Of a DNA stretch of 64,000 nucleotides, positions 1 to 12,500 are shown piece after piece (the stretch's first letter is position 1; each line of letters starts with the position of its first letter). Origin of the DNA: Somniosus microcephalus (taxonomy: Eukaryota); assembly GCA_052327205.1 (NCBI GenBank), contig JBMRGM010000043.1, positions 30,876,001-30,940,000 of the forward strand, in the 5' to 3' direction. The notes under the pieces are model-generated. The model was not told the origin of the DNA. It saw only the letters and a list, made by a program, of their open reading frames with translations, and did not search any database. A program made the translations under genes and the position numbers.

Positions 1-312
1 TGGCTAAAAGAGAAAAGAGCTATGGGAGGATCCCTGCTGAAATATAAGTCTTGTCCTGGTTGGAATTTCTGTTTCAGCACTTTATATTAAGCAGATTAAG
101 ATCTCCGCAAACAAAGCAGCGAGAGGAATTCCACAACAATATAGTAATGCTTCCTGCTCTAGTGTTCCACAATACAGCTGCTAGTTACCGTTAATTGTAG
201 ACGCCCCTCGTGGCGATTTGCGGTATTGCCTTGCTCCTATTAAAAAGCTCTGCTGTCTGTTTAACTCAGTGATAGGAAATGTTACCTGTCAATCCAGATT
301 CTGCTTTCACAG

Positions 313-588
313 AACTCTTCTCCAAACCTAAACTGAGGACTGACCCTGCAGTTGAAATATTTGAGGGACACCAGTTAGTATTCATCTGTATTATTGAAAC
401 AATGCCGTACAGTAATGGGCTTCAATACTCATTTTACAAAAATGGCAAAGCTCTGATATTGACTTCATACAACACATTTAAGCTCACGGAGACAGCTTCT
501 TTGAAGGACTCGGGGACTTACCTGTGTGAAGCAAATATTTCCTACCGCGTTGTGAAAAAGAGTGATGAGGTTTCCATTGCGGTTAAAG
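313..588 (+). CDS. Gene A Ig exon (type A: ELFSKPKL...FIC...YSFYKNG...DSGTYLC)
   Basis: ttcacAG acceptor, G|GTAAG donor, 276 nt, phase 1-1, both Ig cysteines and DSGxYxC present. Confidence 0.9.
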
Positions 589-3500
589 GTAAGGACAGCC
601 AGCTGTAATTATTGTTGAATGAAAGAATTCTTCAGGGGATTATACTTAAATAAACATACGAGAGGGATCCAGTCTGGTAAAGGATTTACCCACAAGTTTA
701 TGACGTAATAATCAATTTTGAATGCAACCTGCTAAATGACAGCGCCACCTGGTTCTTACACTATCCATACATTTGCTGAAAACCGAAGTTTTAAAAGCTG
801 CTACGTTTGAGGACCAGCGCCCACTCCCAGTGGGTAATAGTAGCTTCCTGAAATAGTGTGGAATTGGGCGATATTGAATTTATCTCCCATTATATGTCCC
901 GACCGTTTTTGCATCCATTGATCTTCAATGGACAGGAATATCGCGCGTAGTGTAGAATTGGTGCAAGATTCGATGCCGTGCATTTTAACCCATAACCCCA
1001 AGGTAAAGTTACCTTCCCTGTTTCTAACTGGCATATTCAGCAGCGAGCAGAACCTGGTCAGGAACAGCAGGGTGATTAATCAGCCAATGCCTTACCACTT
1101 ACTAGCCCCGGAAATCTTCTATAGTTGAAAACTCGGGGGTAAAATTTAACATTGACAGCGCTAAAACTGAACGGCAGAAAATTGAATTGAAATTGGCCTG
1201 TGTTTATAAAGGGTGATCAATCTGCTACCACCGGTTTTTTACCCCAGACAAACTTGAATTTTCACCCCCTCCAATTTCAGTAGCGGTGGATGCAAAATGC
1301 CCGAGGTCACTAACGTCTGTGCCTCTGGTGCCCGGGGATTCCTTCCCAATCTTTTAGATCCGACCAATCATAACTCGAGCTTCGCATTTTCAATGGGGCA
1401 GGCAATCTGAAAACAAGGTGGGAGTTATCAATCCTGTGTCGGCAGTGGATTTCAGAAAAATTGTATTGATAGTAGCTGAGCGTTTAACATGAAGGTCCTA
1501 AAATTTGCAGTTGCTGCCACAACGACCAAGGATATTTCAGTATTTAAGACCCGGGAGTAAAGCATCGCCTGGGCTGAGAGCTGAGTTCAAATGATGGGGT
1601 TGTGGGGTTGGGGTGTTGGGGGATAATCTCACAGGACCCGCAGGATGTTTCTTCCATTCATTTCAATGGAAGGGTTAACTTGTTCCCAAATCTAGCCACG
1701 ACAGGATGTTCAGACCTCAAGTGATAACTGTGTCAAGGTCCCGAACTGCATATTCCCGTAGCAGAGCGCAATCAAGGATTATTGAAAGCCTCTTTCTCTG
1801 AGCTGCTGTCGGCTTTTCATTCTTCTGCTCATTAACGTGAGTTGTCCAAACACATAAATTGTTAAGTCTGTGATGGATGTGGAACCCGGAAAATCCATGC
1901 ATTATTCTATTTTATAGAGGTCTTCTCCATACCTACACTGAGGGCTGAGTCTGGAGCTCAATTATTTGTGGACCAACAGTTAAATCTCGCCTGTTTGGTT
2001 AAAATATTTCGATCCAATACTTCCTTGAGACTCGTATTTTACAAAGATGGACAATCTCTCACTTCAGCGGCAGACAACAACTATTACATCAAGAAGGCAT
2101 CTCGGCCGGACGATTCGGGGAATTACTGGAGCGAAGCAACTACTTTGAACAGTGAGGTGAAGAAACTGAGTAATCAGGTTTCCGTTTCAGTCAGACGTGA
2201 GTACAATTTAAGACAATGTTATAACACTTTTAAAGAGAACATGAAAATCATAGAATACGGGTAGCGCTGATTCAACAGTACACCAGGGAAGTAAAAGTGT
2301 ATTCACCAGGATAGACTTGAGGTATTGGGACTAACACTACCGGGTTAGCCATAGCTAAAGGTTATTTCATTAGTGGTCTTTAAATGCAAATTCCGAAATT
2401 GGGCGATTAGGGAAAGATATTTTCTCTGATTGCGAAGACAGGAAGGAGGGATCAGTAATGTATAATTATCATTAAAGCGGGAGGGTAGCGCTTAGAAGGA
2501 CGTTCCGAGTGCTGGAACATAGAATGATTTGCCAGGTGGAGCGGTGGAGTTAGATAGAATTTTACAGTGAACATGAGGCTAGTGGCAGTGCCCTCGGGCC
2601 TACTGATGTGCGCCTGTCACTGCCCTACAGAAACCAGCGTAAGCCCGTCCCAACATAAGCAGATCTCTTGCTAATGGATGAGAGAGTGTAGCTGAGCCAG
2701 GCATATAGCTGAGGCCAGGAAGGTTTGGCGCACTCTTTCCTTATCGTCACAACGCAACTCGGGCAATGTGTGCCCTCTGGGAGGCTCAGAAATCAAAAGG
2801 AGCTGGATGCACACCTTCCATAATCTGGTCGGAGGGGGGGATGGAATGCACCTCACAGAATCCGGTGGAGTTTCCTTCTGTTGAGATCAATGGAGTACAT
2901 TTACTGTGAGTTCGGTAAGCAATAAGTGATCACTAGTGCTAGATTTTCTAATCCCTTATGTGCTCGGGCGTTGCTTAACCGTCGTTCCCAAAATAGTTTA
3001 TTTTCAGTGTATCAAACTAAGAAGAGCTGGGCCAAATGGTGGGGAGCTGCTGCACGAGGATAGATTATCAATAAACCCCATTTACAACCATCAGTAAATT
3101 CAACACCACCCGACTGCTGTTTCCTTTCTGTTCTTCTTTTTCCCAGACTTGCCTGGAGTTGGGATTGGGGTTTTCTCGTGTCCAATGTATACGGGCTGTT
3201 GTGGAGCAGTTCTCAGTTTGAGTTAAGCATTTGTTAAGCTAAAACCGCCACATTTTGTTCCCAACATTAGATCGCAAAGTGGCCTTCAATGTCGACCCAC
3301 CTTCGGTTTTGGAAGGAGGTGTTCTGAATCTGAATTGTTGGTTCAGAATGCATTATTGGAGGCATAAAGATGTTGGCTTTTACAAGGGCAATATAAGGAT
3401 TCACTCAATGAAGTTGACCGATCGGAGAGCTCTGCATAGCATTAGAGTGAATAGTTCAAAAGACAGCAGATCATACCATTGCACTGTTGGCAATAAGGAA

Positions 3501-6500
3501 TCACGAAGTGTTCATGTTCACGTTCAAGGTACGTCGGCAATATTTCAATTGGCGATATCGCTCTTGGATATTTATCCATATTACAGGTCCGAGAGGTTCT
3601 GAATCTGTCCACATTTATGCATAGCTTTGTGAGCTCGGAAGAATTTGTACGTGTTAGGTCATAGAGGCCTTGAATTTCCGTTCGGCGGTTTCCTGCCGGT
3701 AGATGCCTCCAATCGGAAACAAATCTATGAACTTACCTGCTGGTTTGGAGAGCCCGAGGCTTCCGATCCTGGGCCTCTCCTGTTGGAAATGCGCAGAGGC
3801 CCAGGTATCCCAGGGGCACATACGGTTTGCAAGCGCTCCTGGGATCACGTGAGAAAGGCGAACAAATCAAAGAAGGGAATCCCCCTTCATACATTTGACA
3901 GGTCTGTAGGGACTGAACTGTCAAAAGTATGATTGGGAACCACATTTAAAAACACACTAAAACAGTAAATAAACTATTTATAATTACAAAATTAAAATTC
4001 CATTTAATTAAATATTTTAAACATAATTTATAGAAAAAAAATTAAACATTTTTACTGGGCTATAAATAATTTACCGTTTCAAGAGTATTTCTAACTTATA
4101 AGTGAGTGATCAAATTTGTTATTTCTAACTTTCATCACTCTTATGCCTACTTTTACCAGTCAGACGAATTCTACAGCCTTTCAGCTGCCGGAAGTTGTGC
4201 AAACTCTCCAGCCACAGAGGCTCTTTTCTTGGGCAAGTGGATCATCTGTCAAGAGAATTCTTGACAGATCGCAGGTGCCGGTTTTAAGCGCATACCTGAA
4301 ATCGGTACCTGCAAGGCCCCTATGGGTGAGTACACAGCTCGTATGCACCCGTGGGGGTTGGAAAACTTGGCCCATGATGGCTGTCTAACACCGTGCTACT
4401 TTAGCCAATAATTAACCCAGGGTGGGTCTCCTCCCGTGCTAACGCCGGCAGCTATCTTTCTCCTCCCGCCCCACCTCAGAGGAGAATTTGGCGGCTTCCC
4501 ATTACCAGCCTGTTACATCAAGAGGCTGACGGGGAGTATTCCCCCACTAAACCGAAATATGATGGTGCCTCTCTCCCTAACAACCACGATGATGAGTTGA
4601 CAAAATGCACCAGCAGGTACTCCTGAAAATTCAGTGGCGGGTCCGCTGATGGACTGTGTGGAAGGACACAATAAGCAGTGTGCTCCTCTCCCCTCTCTTT
4701 TGCCCTTTCCACTTACCTGTTTGGCATAAGCTTAATCACAGGCTCCTAATAAAATCTGTACGCTGATGCCGTTGGATGCCCTTATCATCGCAACGGGTGA
4801 GTTATATCATCACTGATCCATCACCCTGGCCGGGAGAATCGGGAGTCTTTTTAATTTCAGATGGTGACAGCTGAGCTGGGGGCTGGCTAGGGACAGAGCA
4901 ATGTAGCTGTGGATATTGGTGGAGTTCACCCTGGTCATACTAGATGGTGAAGACGCAGCAGAGAATGGCTAAAAGAGAAAAGATCTAAGGGAGGATATTC
5001 CTGCTGATAATTAAGCCTTGCCCAGTATGGAATTCCGGTTTCAGCAGAATAAATTAAGCAGGTTAAGTTCTCCGCAAACAAAGCAGCGAGAGGAAATCCA
5101 TAAAAACATAATAATGCTTCCTGCTCTAGTGATCCACAATACAGCTGCTGGTTACCATTAAGTATAGGCGCCCATCGTGGCTATTCTCTAGATGTAATCT
5201 CTCCAAATTTGCAGACAACACAAAGCTTGCTGGGCGTGTGTGCTATGAGGAGGATGCCAAGAAACTCCAGGCTGATTTGGAGAGATTGGGTGATTGGGCA
5301 AAAGCGTGGCAGATGCAATATAACGTGGATAAATGTGAGGTTATCCACTTTGGTGGCAAAAACAGGAAGGCAGATTATTATCTGAATCGCAATAGATTGG
5401 GAGAAGGGGAAGTGCAACGAGACCTGTGTGTCCTTGTGCACCAGTCGCTGAAGGTAAGCATGCAGGTGCAGCAGGTGGTTAAGAAGGGAATTGGCATGTT
5501 GGCCTTCGTAGCGAGATGGTTTGAGTACAGGAACAAGGATGTCTTGCTGCAGTTATACAGGGCCGTGGTGAGACCACACCTTGAGTATTGTGTGCAGTTT
5601 TGGTCAGCTTATCTGAGGAAGGATCACAGATCACAGAAACCCCACAGTGCAGATAGAGGCCATTTCGGCACATATCCCACCCAATCCCCGTAACCCCTAC
5701 ACCAAAACATATCCCCATTTAATCCCCCTAACACTAAGGGTCAATTTATCATAGCCAATCAACCTAACCCGCCATGGAAGGAGTTCAGCGAAGATTCACC
5801 AGGCTGATACCTGGGATGGCAGGAATGACGTATGAGGAGAGATTGGGTCGATTGGGCTTGTCCTTGCTGGAGTTTAGAAGAATGAGAGGGGATCTCATTG
5901 AAACTTATAAAATTCTGACGGGACTGGACAGACTAGATGCAGGAAGAATGTTCCCGATGGTCGGGCAGTCCAGAACCAGGGGTCACATTCTAAGGATAAG
6001 GGGTAAGCCATTTAGGACAGCAATGAGGAGGAATTTCATCACCCAGAGAGTGGTGAACCTGTGGAATTCTCTGCCACAGAAGGCAGTAGAGGCCAATTCA
6101 TTAAATATATTCAAGAAGGAGTTGTATATATTTCTTAAGGCTAAAGGGATCAAGGGGTATGGGGATAAAGCAGTGACCAGGTACTGAATTTGGTTGATCG
6201 GCCATGATCGCATTGAATGGCGGAGAAGGCTCGTGGGGCCGAATGCCAACTCCTGCTCCTATCTTCTATGTTTCTATGATTCTCGGTATTGGCTTGCTCT
6301 TATTATCAATCTCTGCTATTTGTTTAACACAGTGATAGGAACTGTTACCTATCAATCCATATTCTGTTTTCACAGAACTCTTCACCAAACCTAAACTGAG
6401 GTCTGAGCCTGCAGTTGAAATACTTGAGGGAGACCAGTTAAAATTCATCTGTTTTATTGAAAATATACCGTCAAATATTTGCTTAAAATATTCATTTTAC

Positions 6501-9500
6501 AAAAATGGCACAGCTCTGATCTTGACCCCATACTACAAATATATTCTCACTGAGGCAGCTTCATTGAAGGACTCAGGGACTTACCAGTGCGTAGCAAATG
6601 CTTTCGACTTTGGTGTGAAAAAGAAGAGTGATGAGGTTTACATTTCGGTAACAGGTATGGACATCCAGCTTTAATTATTGTTCATCTTTCATTTAAAGAA
6701 TTCTTCAGGGCATTATAGTTAAGTAACCATACGGGAGGGATCCGGTCTGGTAAAGGGTTAACCCTCAAGTTTATCGGGTATAAATCAATTTGAATGCAAT
6801 CTTTTCAAATCTTATCACCACGTGGCTCTTATACAATCCTTACATTTGCTGAAAACCGCATTTGTAGGAGCTGCAAAATTTGAAGTCCAGTGCCCACTCT
6901 CAGTGGGTAACATTAGCTTCCTTCAGTAGTGTGGAAATGGGCGATTATGAAATTGCCTCCCATTATTTGTCCCGCCCGTTTTTGCTTCCCATCATCTTCA
7001 GCAGACAGGAAAATCGTGCGTGGTGTACAATTGGCGCAAGCTTCGATATTGGAAATTTTACCCCATGGCTCCAAGGTAAAGATACTTGCTCTGTTTCTGT
7101 CTGGCTGAATGAGAAACCAGCAGAACCTGGTCAGGAATAGCAGGGTGTTTAATCAGACAAAGCCTTAGCACTTACTAGTCCCGGAAATCTTTGATAGTTG
7201 AATACTCGGGGGTAAAATTTAACTTTGAGAGCGCAGTAGCGGATCAGCAGACAATGGAATTGAAATTTGCCTGTGTTTATAACGGGAGGCCAATCTGCGA
7301 CCACCGGTTTTGCACCCCATCGAAATTTGAAATTTCACCCCGTCCAATTTCAGTAGAGGTGGAAGAGGATGAGGAAAAACGCCCGAGGTCACTAAAGTGT
7401 GAGCCTTTGATGCCCAGGAATTCCGTTTCCACTCCGTTAGATCCGGTCAATCATAACGCTATCTTTGCATTTTCTATGGAGCAGGCAATCTGATGACAAG
7501 GTGGGAGTTATCGATCCTGTGTTGGGAGTGGATTTCCAAAGAATGGCATTGTCAGTTGCTGAGCTTCTAGCATGAATGTCGCAAAGTTTGCAGGCGCTGC
7601 AACAATGACGAAGGAGACTTCAGTATTTAAGGCCTGGGCGCAAAGCATCATCTAGGCAGAGAGCTGAGTTAAAATTCTGGATCAGGGGCGCGTTCTGGTG
7701 TTGTGGGCTAATCTCACAGGACCCGCAGGATGTGTCTTCCACTCAATGTTCCAAAGATTAACATTTGCTGCACAAATCCGAAATTGTAATGTCTGTGATA
7801 GTTGTGGAATCTGTCAAATCCATAATTCGTTCTATTTTATAGAGCTCTTCTCCGAACCTACTTTGCGGGCTGATTCTGGAGCTCAATTATTTGAGGGCCA
7901 ACAGATAAAACTCGCCTGTTTGGTAGAAATATTTCGATCCAATTCTTCCTTGAGACTCGTATTTTACAAAGATGGACAACCTCTCAATTCAGCGGCAGAC
8001 CACAGCTATTACATCAGGGAAGCATCTCGGCCGGAAGATTCGGGGATTTACCGGTGTGAAGCAACTACTTTGAACCGTGAGGTGAAGAAACTGAGTAATC
8101 AGGTTTCAGTTTCAGTCAGACGTGAGTACAATTTAAGATAATTGTTTATCACTTTTAAAGAGAACAGGAAAATCATAGAGAACGAGTAACGCTGATTCAA
8201 CAGATGATGCCAGGGAATGGAAATTTTATTCAACAGGATAGACTTGAGCCACTGGGACTAACACGGGTTTGCCATGCCTAAGAGTTATTTCATCAGTGCT
8301 TAGTACATGCCAATTGCGAGATAGGGCGATTAGGGAAAGCTATTCCCTCTGTTTGCGAAGACAGGAAGGAGGATCAGTAAAGTATAATTATCACTAAAAG
8401 CGAGAGGGTAGCGCTTACGTGAACATTTTATGTGTAGCTGACTGCTGGAAAGTAGAATTATTTGTCAGGTGGAACGGTGAAGTTAGATACCACTGCATTT
8501 AGGTAGAGTAATGTTTATGTTATTGGAATAGTGCAGAGTTCCTGCTTTTCACTAGCAGAGTCAGGAGGAATAAGGACCAGGCCAACATAGTAGGGTGGCC
8601 ATAAGTGGATTGCAGTAGGAATCATTGTCGTTCCAGGATCAGGCTTTCCTCTATTAATTCCACCTACTGCTAAAGTAGGAGAGGGAGACGGGCGCCCAAT
8701 ATTGGTGTGGTAACCTATATGTCGAGCCTTCTTTATTATGATGAGAACCCTATTTCACTTTGAAAGTAATGCTACAAATTCTGCAAAAGCAATGTAATTA
8801 ACAATTTGCAGGAACCCCAGTGTCAAAACCGGAACTGGCAATCAGCCCTGGTAAAGAGTTAATAGAAGGAGACACAGCGTCGTTAACCTGCTCAGTGTTC
8901 AACGGTTCTACCCCGATTACTTACATTTTCTACAAAGACCCGGATAAAGAACTCCTCCGCGAGGAGTCCAACCTAACCGAAATTAATTACCAAATCAGTG
9001 AAATCAACCAAAGCACCCAAGGGGATTATAGTTGCGGTGTTTCAAACAAAGCGACAGGACGTCCTCTGCAAAGCGATGTTGTTACAGTTTCAGTGATAGG
9101 TGAGTTATTATAAGTACCCCTGAGGCAGAACGAAACAAGTGGCTCAAAGTCAGATGAGCCCGGTAATCACTGCTTGTGCCATCAGCTTGGATGGTGTAAC
9201 ATTTTCTTTGACATTCCTCTATGTGAAGTGAGGCACTGCACCATTTACATTAAACAGGTGAATTACTAAAAAGAACTAGAATGTCATCTGATCGCATCAA
9301 GTATTGGTCTATAAACTGCAACAGTTATTTGTAGGTTTAAAAAGGCCGATCAGTATGTTTAATTGACAAATTGAGGGAAGTAATACGGATAATTTAAGGA
9401 CTCAAAACTTAATGCCATAGGTAGTAGTTTCTGGGCTATATGTTTTAGACCACCATTTCTCGACAGTTGTTGCTAATATATTTGTATTCGTTTATGTGAT

Positions 9501-12500
9501 GTGGGTATCTCTGGCAATGCCAGAATTTATTGCCTATCCCTAATTGCCCTTGAGAAGGTAGTGCTGAGCGGCCTTCTTGAACCGTTGCTGTCCGTGTGTT
9601 GACGGTACTCCCGTAGTGCTGTGAGGGAGGGAGTTCCAGGAATTTGACGCAGTGACGATGAAGGATCGGCGATAAACTTTTAAATCAGGATGGTAGATGA
9701 TTTGTAAAGGATCTTACAGGTGCGGTGTCCCCATGCCTCTTCTGCTCTTGTCCTTCTAAATGGAAGAAGTATCGGGTTTGGGAGGTGCTGCCGAAGAAGT
9801 CTTGGCATGTTGCTGCAGTGCATCTTGTAGATGGTGCACACTGCAGCCATGATACGCTGGTGGTGGAGGGAGTGAATTTGTTACTTGTTGGATGATGTGC
9901 CAATCAAGGAGGCTGCTTTGTACTGGCTGGTGTCGAGCTTCTTGAGTGTTGTTGGAGCTGCACTTATCCAGGCAAGTGGAGAGTATTCCGTCACACGACT
10001 TACTTGTGCCTTGTAGATGGTTGAAAGGCTTTGGGGAGTCAGGAGGTGAGACACACGCCGCGGATTACCCAGCCTCTGCCCTATATCGATATCATGGTAC
10101 CAGGTAGAAGTTTCATAAAGCTTGATCTGATTTCATGAAATACTTTTCTTTCGACAACGCAAAAAGTATATTGATTTCGTATGATTTATACGTCATAAAG
10201 GACACATCACACCTCAGGTGAACATTTATAAGTCTAGTTTCTGATTAAGAAATTGATCGTAACTAGATGGAAATAGACCTGAAATAAACTAGCAGAATTT
10301 CCCACAAGCGCTTTAGAATTTGAAATTGATAAGGTCAAAAGCAGAGCCATGGTTATAAAGCGAGAGAGAGGGAGAGATTGGAAGGGGTGAGCAAAAAACT
10401 GGCTGCAAATATGGGTCTTGTAGGAAGTTTGAAGCAGGCTGTAGTAGAGATGTAAATGCGATTAATGAGATGGTTTAAGAGAGCAGAATCAAATTACTTT
10501 CACTAATGGTGTGACAAAGGAAGCGTATATGCCCAATCGGCCACAAATCAATTGACTAAACTGTGTAAAGACAGAGATAAAATTGGAGGAGATTTGTCAG
10601 AGATATAGTGAACAGGAGGACCAGGAGTTTAAGTTTATTACATTGGAGGACAGGGAGCTAGATGAAAACAATGGCGAGTAAGAATTAACGTGGGACAGGG
10701 ACGTTTGGATTAGTTGGAATTAGTGGACAGCGGGGTCAGGAGCCCAGAAAGGAAGTCATTGTAATAATCGAGGCTAGAGCTTGCAAATCCACGGATCAGT
10801 GTTTCAGCGTGCAGGGGTTGAGGTGGGTAGAAAGGGAATCAATTTAGTGCAGATTAAAAAATAAAAATTAATTCTGCGTATGGTGCGAGGTTGAATTTGT
10901 TATGATTGGAACGGTTTTATATGATTCATGGAATAATTTTGTTTGATTCCAGCACAAAGTCACACAACCGCGATCACAGCAGCCGTTCTTCCACTTTTTC
11001 TGATCGCTACCCTGATTGCACTGGTTTCCTTCAAACTTCGGAAAAAGAAACAAGGTGAGCAGTGTCTTACGGGCAGCTGAGTGGCTTGACAGTTACGTGA
11101 GGGGATTCAATCCCCTCCATATTCAGATGCAGCATTCGAAATGTAACAGAATGATTTGAGAGGGAGACCAATAGTGTGGGCTGGAGAACGAAGACTTAAT
11201 TACCAGGATAAGTTCGGATCATGAAGTCAGCTTACTGGTTTGAGGGTATTTTTCCACCTTCTTCCATTTTGAAAAGGTCTGCATCTTGGCGAGGGACAGA
11301 CAAATAACTGGCAGGTGGTTAGTAAGAGAATGTGAAATCTGATAGCGGATGTCTAATGCCTGGTAACATCTTAAAGTTTCCCAGACGCTCTTTGTGCATT
11401 CGTCCTCTGTTTTAGTTAGTGATTCATTTAAATGCACGTTTGCAACAGTTTCTGATTAATAATCAACGAAAAAGTTTACTGTTTGGAGATTACTTAAGGT
11501 AACTCAAGCCAGCTCTAGCCAGGAAGAGCGCAATATTTACTGCACAACTTGCTGAAATATGTCTCTTCCTATTTTATCCAGACAATTCCTCAAGTGTTTC
11601 ACAGCCGCAGGGGTAAGTCTGCAAAATATTTGTATTTGTCAGTCATAACTATATCCATGATTATACTGAAAGGGTGAACATCGTCTTTGGCATGGTTGCA
11701 AATCAGGCGGCATTGCATCTACCACCATTTATACACCCCCGAATTGAACTGAATATTGGATGGACATTGATGGGCGGTAGGGGCACTTCAGTCAGTTATT
11801 CCTCCACGCCCAATTCGAATTCTCCCCGTAGTATCTGATATAGCTCCGCTGGAGACAGTTACAATTTTTAAGAGCTAAATATTACCTTATTTTTGTTTTT
11901 GCTTTTTAGTTTATCAACAGGCCAGTCAGCCTAACATAGTTATTTGGAACCATTATTAGGGAAAAAATAAACTTTTATTTGGAAATCATGGTTTAATCAA
12001 GGAGATCCAACATGGATTTGTTGAAGGCAAATCGTGTCTGACAAACTCGATTGAATTCTTTGATGAGGTAACAGAAACTTTTGATCAAGGTAGTGAAGTA
12101 AATGTTGTATATTATAGACTTTCGGAAGGCAGTCGACCGAGGCTTGTTAAAAAATATGTAAACTCATGGGATTAAGGGAACGTGGCGGTATGGATAGGGA
12201 ATTAGCTCGGTGACAGGATGCAGAGTGTGGTGGTGGATGGATGTTTCTCAGACTGGGAGGCGGTTTTGCAGTTCTGTTCCCCAAGGGTCAGTTTGGGGTC
12301 CATAACTCTTTGCAATTGCAATGAGCGACCGAGATTAAGGTGTAGGGGGCAACATTGTAAACTTGCAGATGACACATAACTTGGCCAGGTAGTAGATAGT
12401 GATGAGGATACTTGTAGTCTTCAGGGTAACATAGACAGGAATGGTTAAATGGGCAGAAGCATGGCACTTGGAGTTCAACCCTGAGAACTGTGAAGTGATG

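Larger units (their letters stand above)
1..2556 (+). repeat. Intragenic duplication of the A+B Ig exon pair (aligns with ~4966-8490)
   Basis: Window start TGGCTAAAAGAGAAAAGA recurs at 4966; introns align until ...GTTAGATA at ~2555/8488. Confidence 0.88.

Noticed and set aside
313-9099. Rearranging Ig/TCR gene segments
   Set aside because: The exons end in splice donors rather than RSS heptamer/nonamer signals, the domains are C2/I-like rather than V or C1, and they link to an ITIM tail
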